Assembly (NCBI RefSeq): GCF_000195955.2
Contig: NC_000962.3
Coordinates: 1,650,001-1,682,000 of the forward strand
From: Mycobacterium tuberculosis H37Rv
Lineage (GTDB): Bacteria; Actinomycetota; Actinomycetes; Mycobacteriales; Mycobacteriaceae
Reading direction: 5' to 3'
DNA length: 32,000 nt
Part shown: positions 26,052-32,000 of the stretch, piece after piece
Numbering within the stretch: position 1 is the stretch's first letter
Layout of the letters: every line of letters begins with the position of its first letter
Program-made: the position numbers and the translations under genes
Notes under the pieces: model-generated
The model's input: the letters and a program-made list of their open reading frames with translations, nothing else
What the model was told of the DNA's origin: nothing
Databases searched by the model: none

Positions 26052-26883
26052 CCGCGGACATCCGGGCCGAGCGCACCACGGCGGTCAACGGTCTCAACGC
26101 ATCGGTGGCACGCTGAGCGTCCGACAACGACTGCGTTCCGATCGGCAATCGACTCAGCCCGGCACTGACCGCGATGATCGCATCGACGTGCGCGGCATTC
26201 TCGAGCACCCGCAATGCGCGCGATGGCGCGTGGTCGGGAACCCGGTGTTGCCGTGACGATTCGAGCAACTGCTCGACGAGGCCACGGGGCTTGGCGACGT
26301 CGCTAGATCCCAGTCCGATGGTGCTCAAGGCTTCGGCGGCCGAGCGCACCGCTGACCGCAACGCGTATTCGGCATCGCCGAGCTCGTAGTGTTCCAACAC
26401 TGGGGCCCCGGGAAGTGAATACACCATCCAAGAAAGTGCACACAATTCGGGCGTGAGTGGCTCGCTCTGCGCGGCTTCGTCGACATCGCCATAGGAGAAC
26501 TCCGGGACCAGGCCAACGGCGCTGCCGGGATCCTCCGGGTTGGCGACGATCACCGCCTCGCCGGCGGCAAGGGCGTCGTGCTCGAACTGTGTTCCCGCAG
26601 CCAGCCCGCGCACATCGCCCGGCACCGGCAACACCACATTGATCGTCCCCCGCAGTCGGCGCCGGCCCACCGCGGCGCGCAGTGTCTGCAGGAGCGAGAC
26701 CGTTCCAGCATCGTGGACGTCGGGCCACGGCAGCCCGGTGTGGCCCGCAGCCACGGCATCATAAGCTGCGACGGATTGCGTTGGCGCCCAAAGTGATAAT
26801 GCATCCAACACGTCGTCGGGAGCAGCCTTGCCGGCGAGCCAAGCGTTAGCCCAGATCGACAGCGAAACACTGGGACACCACAT
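26017..26883 (-). CDS. Conserved hypothetical protein (Rv1486c-like)
   Basis: 288 aa from ATG 26883 ([24 protein letters not shown]...); convergent with hemH, 35-bp overlap. Confidence 0.85.
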   Translation of the reverse strand: MWCPSVSLSIWANAWLAGKAAPDDVLDALSLWAPTQSVAAYDAVAAGHTGLPWPDVHDAGTVSLLQTLRAAVGRRRLRGTINVVLPVPGDVRGLAAGTQFEHDALAAGEAVIVANPEDPGSAVGLVPEFSYGDVDEAAQSEPLTPELCALSWMVYSLPGAPVLEHYELGDAEYALRSAVRSAAEALSTIGLGSSDVAKPRGLVEQLLESSRQHRVPDHAPSRALRVLENAAHVDAIIAVSAGLSRLPIGTQSLSDAQRATDALRPLTAVVRSARMSAVTAILHSAWPD

Positions 26884-26940
26884 GATCTTGCAGTGTAGTT
26901 GTTCGACCCGGCTGACGCGGATCACGCGTATCCTAAGCGC

Positions 26941-27375
26941 ATGCCCGTCGCTTTGATCTGGCTTATCGCGGCGTTGGTGCTCGTCGGCGCAGAGGCACTG
27001 ACCGGCGACATGTTCTTGCTGATGCTCGGCGGCGGTGCGCTGGCCGCCTCGGTAAGCAGCTGGCTGCTGGCTTGGCCGATGTGGGCCGACGGGGCGGTGT
27101 TTCTCCTCGTCTCGGTGCTGCTGCTGGTGTTGGTTCGGCCGGCGGTGCGGCGCCGGCTGACGCAGACCAAAGGTGTGCAGCTGGGCATCGAGGCGCTGGA
27201 GGGTAAGAAGGCGGTGGTGCTTGGTCGGGTGGCCCGCGACGGGGGTCAGGTGAAGCTGGACGGCCAGGTGTGGACGGCGCGCCCGCTCAACGACGGTGAT
27301 GTGTTCGAACCTGGTGACTCGGTGACCGTGGTGCAAATCGACGGCGCCACGGCGGTGGTCTTCAAGGACGTGTAG
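26941..27375 (+). CDS. NfeD-family membrane protein
   Basis: 144 aa from ATG 26941; TM segments, then C-terminal OB-like domain ([53 protein letters not shown]). Confidence 0.9.
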   Translation: MPVALIWLIAALVLVGAEALTGDMFLLMLGGGALAASVSSWLLAWPMWADGAVFLLVSVLLLVLVRPAVRRRLTQTKGVQLGIEALEGKKAVVLGRVARDGGQVKLDGQVWTARPLNDGDVFEPGDSVTVVQIDGATAVVFKDV

Positions 27376-27396
27376 GGACTCGAGAAAGGAATTCCG

Positions 27397-28542
27397 GTGC
27401 AAGGAGCCGTTGCTGGTCTGGTGTTTCTGGCCGTCCTGGTGATTTTCGCCATCATCGTGGTGGCCAAGTCGGTGGCGCTGATCCCGCAGGCGGAGGCCGC
27501 GGTGATCGAGCGGCTGGGTCGCTATAGTCGTACGGTCAGTGGGCAGTTGACGCTGTTGGTGCCGTTCATCGACCGCGTCCGGGCTCGGGTGGACCTGCGC
27601 GAGCGGGTGGTGTCGTTTCCGCCGCAACCGGTGATCACCGAGGACAACTTGACGCTGAACATCGACACCGTCGTCTACTTCCAGGTGACCGTTCCGCAGG
27701 CGGCGGTGTACGAGATCAGCAATTACATCGTCGGGGTCGAACAGCTCACCACCACCACCCTGCGCAACGTTGTCGGCGGGATGACGCTGGAGCAGACGTT
27801 GACCTCGCGTGACCAGATCAACGCCCAGCTGCGCGGCGTTCTCGATGAGGCGACCGGCCGCTGGGGTCTGCGGGTGGCGCGGGTGGAGCTGCGCAGCATC
27901 GATCCGCCGCCGTCGATTCAGGCGTCGATGGAAAAGCAGATGAAGGCCGACCGGGAGAAGCGAGCGATGATTCTGACCGCCGAAGGTACCCGGGAGGCGG
28001 CGATAAAACAGGCCGAGGGGCAAAAGCAGGCGCAGATCCTGGCCGCCGAGGGCGCCAAGCAGGCCGCGATCTTGGCTGCTGAGGCCGATCGGCAGTCTCG
28101 GATGCTGCGCGCTCAGGGTGAGCGCGCCGCGGCCTACCTGCAGGCGCAAGGGCAGGCCAAGGCCATCGAGAAGACGTTCGCCGCGATCAAGGCTGGCCGG
28201 CCCACCCCGGAGATGCTGGCCTACCAATACCTGCAGACGCTGCCGGAGATGGCGCGTGGGGACGCCAACAAGGTATGGGTGGTGCCCAGCGACTTCAACG
28301 CCGCACTGCAGGGGTTCACCAGGCTGCTGGGCAAGCCGGGTGAGGACGGGGTGTTCCGGTTCGAGCCGTCCCCGGTCGAAGACCAGCCCAAGCACGCGGC
28401 CGACGGTGACGACGCCGAGGTCGCCGGCTGGTTCTCCACCGATACCGACCCGTCGATCGCTCGGGCGGTGGCTACAGCCGAGGCGATAGCCCGCAAGCCG
28501 GTCGAGGGTTCGCTGGGGACGCCCCCCAGGTTGACTCAATAG
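27397..28542 (+). CDS. Stomatin/prohibitin (SPFH/band 7) family protein
   Basis: 381 aa from GTG; SPFH domain ([62 protein letters not shown]); paired with NfeD upstream. Confidence 0.94.
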   Translation: MQGAVAGLVFLAVLVIFAIIVVAKSVALIPQAEAAVIERLGRYSRTVSGQLTLLVPFIDRVRARVDLRERVVSFPPQPVITEDNLTLNIDTVVYFQVTVPQAAVYEISNYIVGVEQLTTTTLRNVVGGMTLEQTLTSRDQINAQLRGVLDEATGRWGLRVARVELRSIDPPPSIQASMEKQMKADREKRAMILTAEGTREAAIKQAEGQKQAQILAAEGAKQAAILAAEADRQSRMLRAQGERAAAYLQAQGQAKAIEKTFAAIKAGRPTPEMLAYQYLQTLPEMARGDANKVWVVPSDFNAALQGFTRLLGKPGEDGVFRFEPSPVEDQPKHAADGDDAEVAGWFSTDTDPSIARAVATAEAIARKPVEGSLGTPPRLTQ

Positions 28543-28551
28543 AGTGGTCCG

Positions 28552-28908
28552 ATGAGTGGTTTGACCTCACCGAAAACCTATGCGGTACTGGCAGCTCTGC
28601 AGGCGGGCGACGCGGTGGCGTGCGCCATCCCGCTGCCACCTATCGCCAGGTTACTCGACGACTTGGACGTTCCGGTCAGCGTTCGCCCGGTGCTGCCGGT
28701 GGTCAAGGCCGCCTCTGCGGTCGGTTTGTTGTCGGTCACCCGATTCCCGGCCTTGGCGCGGCTGACGACAGCGATGTTGACGTTGTACTTCATCCTCGCC
28801 GTGGGGGCACATGTCCGGGTGCGAGATCGCGTTGTTAATGCGATTCCGGCGGCGTCATTCCTGACGTTGTTCGCGCTGATGACGGCAAAGGGGCCGGAGC
28901 GCACTTAA
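28552..28908 (+). CDS. Small conserved membrane protein (DoxX-like topology, Rv1489-like)
   Basis: 118 aa with several TM helices; short gap after the stomatin gene. Confidence 0.8.
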   Translation: MSGLTSPKTYAVLAALQAGDAVACAIPLPPIARLLDDLDVPVSVRPVLPVVKAASAVGLLSVTRFPALARLTTAMLTLYFILAVGAHVRVRDRVVNAIPAASFLTLFALMTAKGPERT

Positions 28909-28941
28909 GCATGGAGGCGCAACTCGACCTATGGCAGTGGT

Positions 28942-29172
28942 GTGTCGGTCGGTGAGGTCGAGGTGCTCAAGGTCGAAAACAGCCGGGTGCGCGCCGAGCA
29001 GCTGGCCAAACTGTACGAATTGCGCTCAAGTCGGGATCGGGTCAGGGTCGACGCCGCACTAGCCGAGCTGAGCCGCGCCGCGGCCGCCCGCGGTTGTGCC
29101 GGTACTAGCGGGCTCGGCAACAACCTGATGGCGCCGGGGCCGCCCCATTCCCTCCTGGGACGGGATCGCTGA
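28942..29172 (+). pseudogene. Fragment related to methylmalonyl-CoA mutase (Rv1489A-like)
   Basis: VEVLKVENSRVRAEQLAKLYELRSSRDRVRVDAALAELSRAAA...NNLMAP resembles the linker region of MutB-type subunits; lacks the rest of the enzyme. Confidence 0.7.
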
Positions 29173-29321
29173 CGCCACAATCGACCTGCTACGAAGGCTG
29201 GCCGAGCGGCTGGGGTACACACTGGATTGGCGAGCGATCCGTGGAGCCGAACCCGTTGCCACCGCCATTCTGCGTCGGTTAGTCTCTTTTTCGACCTTGG
29301 GGCGCGGAGGGTCGTTATGGT

Positions 29322-30629
29322 GTGTCACAGTGCTTTGCTGTCAAAGGCATTGGCGGTGCCGACCAAGCGACACTGGGCAGTGCAGAAATCCTCGTGAAAT
29401 ACGCTCAACTCGCTGACAAACGCGCTCGGGTATATGTCCTGGTGTCGACCTGGTTGGTCGTGTGGGGTATCTGGCATGTGTATTTTGTCGAAGCTGTCTT
29501 TCCGAATGCCATCCTGTGGTTGCATTATTACGCGGCCAGCTATGAATTCGGGTTTGTACGTCGCGGGCTGGGCGGTGAACTGATTCGCATGTTGACCGGC
29601 GATCATTTCTTTGCCGGCGCCTATACCGTTCTGTGGACGTCTATCACGGTGTGGCTGATCGCCCTTGCCGTCGTGGTGTGGCTTATCCTTTCCACGGGCA
29701 ACCGGTCCGAGCGCAGGATAATGCTTGCCCTCCTCGTTCCGGTGCTACCCTTTGCCTTTTCTTACGCCATCTATAATCCACATCCGGAACTCTTCGGGAT
29801 GACCGCGTTGGTAGCCTTCAGCATTTTTCTGACCAGGGCCCACACCTCTCGAACCCGGGTGATCCTCAGTACGCTGTACGGACTTACGATGGCCGTGCTG
29901 GCGCTCATACACGAAGCGATTCCACTGGAATTCGCACTCGGCGCGGTGCTGGCGATAATCGTGTTGTCGAAGAATGCGACAGGTGCGACAAGGCGAATCT
30001 GTACTGCGTTGGCCATCGGTCCGGGGACCGTCTCAGTATTGTTGCTCGCTGTGGTCGGGCGTCGCGATATCGCGGACCAGTTGTGTGCCCATATCCCGCA
30101 TGGGATGGTCGAAAATCCGTGGGCGGTTGCAACGACACCGCAGCGAGTTCTCGATTACATATTCGGTCGTGTCGAGAGCCATGCAGATTACCACGATTGG
30201 GTGTGCGAGCATGTGACCCCGTGGTTTAACCTCGACTGGATTACCTCTGCAAAGCTGGTGGCCGTGGTTGGCTTCCGCGCACTATTCGGTGCATTCCTCC
30301 TCGGGTTGCTGTTCTTCGTTGCCACGACATCGATGATCCGCTATGTCTCCGCCGTGCCGGTCAGAACCTTCTTTGCCGAACTGCGCGGCAATCTGGCGTT
30401 GCCGGTGCTGGCATCGGCATTGCTGGTTCCGCTGTTCATCACCGCTGTCGACTGGACTCGCTGGTGGGTGATGATCACACTCGACGTGGCCATTGTCTAC
30501 ATCTTGTACGCGATCGACAGACCGGAGATCGAGCAACCGCCGTCGAGGAGAAACGTGCAGGTCTTCGTCTGCGTTGTGTTGGTGCTGGCGGTGATACCGA
30601 CCGGGTCCGCCAACAACATCGGCAGATGA
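29322..30629 (+). CDS. Conserved polytopic membrane protein (Rv1490-like); the start may be internal
   Basis: 435 aa with many hydrophobic segments; visibly lower GC than its neighbours. The first about 25 aa look atypical, so a start near 29394 (VKYAQLADKRARVYVLV) is plausible. Confidence 0.85.
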   Translation: MSQCFAVKGIGGADQATLGSAEILVKYAQLADKRARVYVLVSTWLVVWGIWHVYFVEAVFPNAILWLHYYAASYEFGFVRRGLGGELIRMLTGDHFFAGAYTVLWTSITVWLIALAVVVWLILSTGNRSERRIMLALLVPVLPFAFSYAIYNPHPELFGMTALVAFSIFLTRAHTSRTRVILSTLYGLTMAVLALIHEAIPLEFALGAVLAIIVLSKNATGATRRICTALAIGPGTVSVLLLAVVGRRDIADQLCAHIPHGMVENPWAVATTPQRVLDYIFGRVESHADYHDWVCEHVTPWFNLDWITSAKLVAVVGFRALFGAFLLGLLFFVATTSMIRYVSAVPVRTFFAELRGNLALPVLASALLVPLFITAVDWTRWWVMITLDVAIVYILYAIDRPEIEQPPSRRNVQVFVCVVLVLAVIPTGSANNIGR

Positions 30630-30690
30630 GGCACCCCGCGGGACCACCCGAAGGCGGGCATGGTGACGTAGGCCAACCGCCGCTGACATG

Positions 30691-30930
30691 CTTGGGACGG
30701 TGATGCTGTTGCAGGCCTATTAGGGGTTGTCGGATCGGGAGCCTTGTGACCGGTTGGCCCTTGATCTGCGTTGGGAGGCCGCGGCGGGGTTGACGGTGCA
30801 CGCGCCGTCGTTGCATCCCACGGTGTTGGTCGGGATGCGTAACCGGCTGCGGGCTTCGGATCCGACGTGTTGGTGGATGCACCATTTTCAAATGCCGTCG
30901 CGGGTCGAAACTTGGGTGCCGTCGAAGAAT
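30691..30930 (+). pseudogene. Degenerate transposase fragment, IS1182-like N-terminal region with in-frame stop
   Basis: Frame starting 30691: LGTVMLLQAY*GLSDREPCDRLALDLRWEAAAGLTVHAPSLHPTVLVGMRNRLRASD. This matches the 'GLSDRea...dlrWk.AlGL...f..s.L..fR.RL' pattern of IS1182-type transposases; TAG at 30721-30723. Confidence 0.65.
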
Positions 30931-31207
30931 AACCCCACCAAAGGCCCTACATCAGCGCCGTCCTACGTTCGTGTGTCGGACAATCCTTAGTGCCGATGCC
31001 GGATATTCGGGCACTAACGGAAAAGACGTCCTCCGCGTAGAGGCTCCGTTGTTCGAGGCCCAGTTACAGGGGCAAGGTCAGTGGCCGTGACCTCTGCTTC
31101 CCGACACGAGAATGCTGGCCGACCGAACGTAGCGCGGTGCGTTGACGGCATCGAGCTGCCACGCCAAATTTGCACGCGCTGATGCGCTGACCCCGACCGA
31201 AGGTTTA

Positions 31208-31966
31208 TCAAATGAGAGCCGGCTCGCGCACAGGGTCGTCGTAACCCGGCATGCGTCGGTGCTGCCGTCGATAATTGCGGATCTCATAGACGAGCCCAGT
31301 CAGACCTAGCGCGCCCGTGCATACCGACACCAGGATCAGCAGCGGGCTACCGCTACCGGCGAACGCGTCGCCCAGGATGACCACCGCCGCGGTGCCGGGG
31401 AGCAAGCCTGCCAAGGTCGCCCAGGCGAAGGACAGGATCCGCACGCCCGAGGCGCCGGCGGCATAGTTGATCGCCGCGAACGGGACGACGGGAATGAGCC
31501 GCAGCGACAAGATGGCCAGCCAGCCTCGCTCACGCAGACGCTCGTCCAGCCGGTTGATCGCTCGGCGGCGCACCAGACTGTTCAGCTGCCAGCCGGTGGC
31601 ACGCACCAGCAGCATCGCGATTACCGCGCTAGCGGTGCTGCCGACCACCGCGATGAATACGCCCACCACAGAGCCGAACAACAGCCCGGCGGCCAACGTG
31701 AACGCGGTGCGGGGGAATGGCGGCACCGTGACGACGGTATGCACCAGCAAAAATGCCAGCGGGAACCACGCGCCCAGTGACTTGGCCCAGTCGCGCAATT
31801 CCACCGCAGTGGGCACCGGAACCAGCAGCGCGACCACTACCAGTACTGTGATTCCCACCACTGTTCCCACGATGCGCGGCAGCGACGCCTGACGCGCGAC
31901 CGCGCCGAGCGAGGTGGCGATACCGTGCACGGTTTCGGTGGTGTTGCAGATGGCGGGAGCCGTCAC
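31208..31966 (-). CDS. TVP38/TMEM64 (VTT/DedA-like) membrane protein (Rv1491c-like)
   Basis: 252 aa; VTVPPFPRTAFTLAAGLLFGSVVGVFIAVVGSTASAVIAMLLVR...RLRERGWLAILSLRLIPVVPFAAINYAAGASGVRILSFAWATLAGLLPGTAAVVILGDA. Confidence 0.92.
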   Translation of the reverse strand: MTAPAICNTTETVHGIATSLGAVARQASLPRIVGTVVGITVLVVVALLVPVPTAVELRDWAKSLGAWFPLAFLLVHTVVTVPPFPRTAFTLAAGLLFGSVVGVFIAVVGSTASAVIAMLLVRATGWQLNSLVRRRAINRLDERLRERGWLAILSLRLIPVVPFAAINYAAGASGVRILSFAWATLAGLLPGTAAVVILGDAFAGSGSPLLILVSVCTGALGLTGLVYEIRNYRRQHRRMPGYDDPVREPALI

Positions 31967-32000
31967 GTCTTCGGAGCGTACGGGGTCAACATGAATAACT

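Noticed and set aside
26017-28539. 840-aa minus-strand ORF covering Rv1486c and antisense to the NfeD and stomatin genes
   Set aside because: Only the last 288 codons (from 26883) look like a real protein. The upstream part is His/Arg/Leu-rich low-complexity translation, an artefact of high GC opposite real genes.

Overview
The window is chromosomal, high-GC Mycobacterium tuberculosis-complex sequence. I recognise the gene content and order from the proteins as the Rv1462-Rv1491c interval of H37Rv. No database search was run, so strain-level identity is not claimed. In order it holds: the SUF Fe-S operon (sufD 3' end, sufC, sufS/csd, sufU, DUF59/sufT-like), fadE15 and PE_PGRS29 on the minus strand, ctpD-trxA-trxB1-echA12, an ABC-F ATPase, a small HTH protein, a TetR-family acnR-like gene with acn (minus strand), Rv1476-ripA-ripB, moxR1-DUF58-VWA, Rv1482c, fabG1-inhA-hemH, Rv1486c, NfeD/stomatin, Rv1489, a methylmalonyl-CoA mutase fragment, the membrane protein Rv1490, a decayed transposase fragment and a VTT/TVP38-type membrane protein. 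Most of this is well-known core genome. The best candidate for something under-described is Rv1482c, an AbiEi-like/DUF559-like nuclease-fold protein. It is bracketed by two near-identical (50/56) inverted copies of a long imperfect palindrome. One copy supplies its stop codon; the other abuts the fabG1-inhA promoter. Two further strong hairpins lie in convergent intergenic regions. A remnant/lower-GC patch spans about 28.9-31.2 kb. No CRISPR array, tRNA or rRNA was seen.
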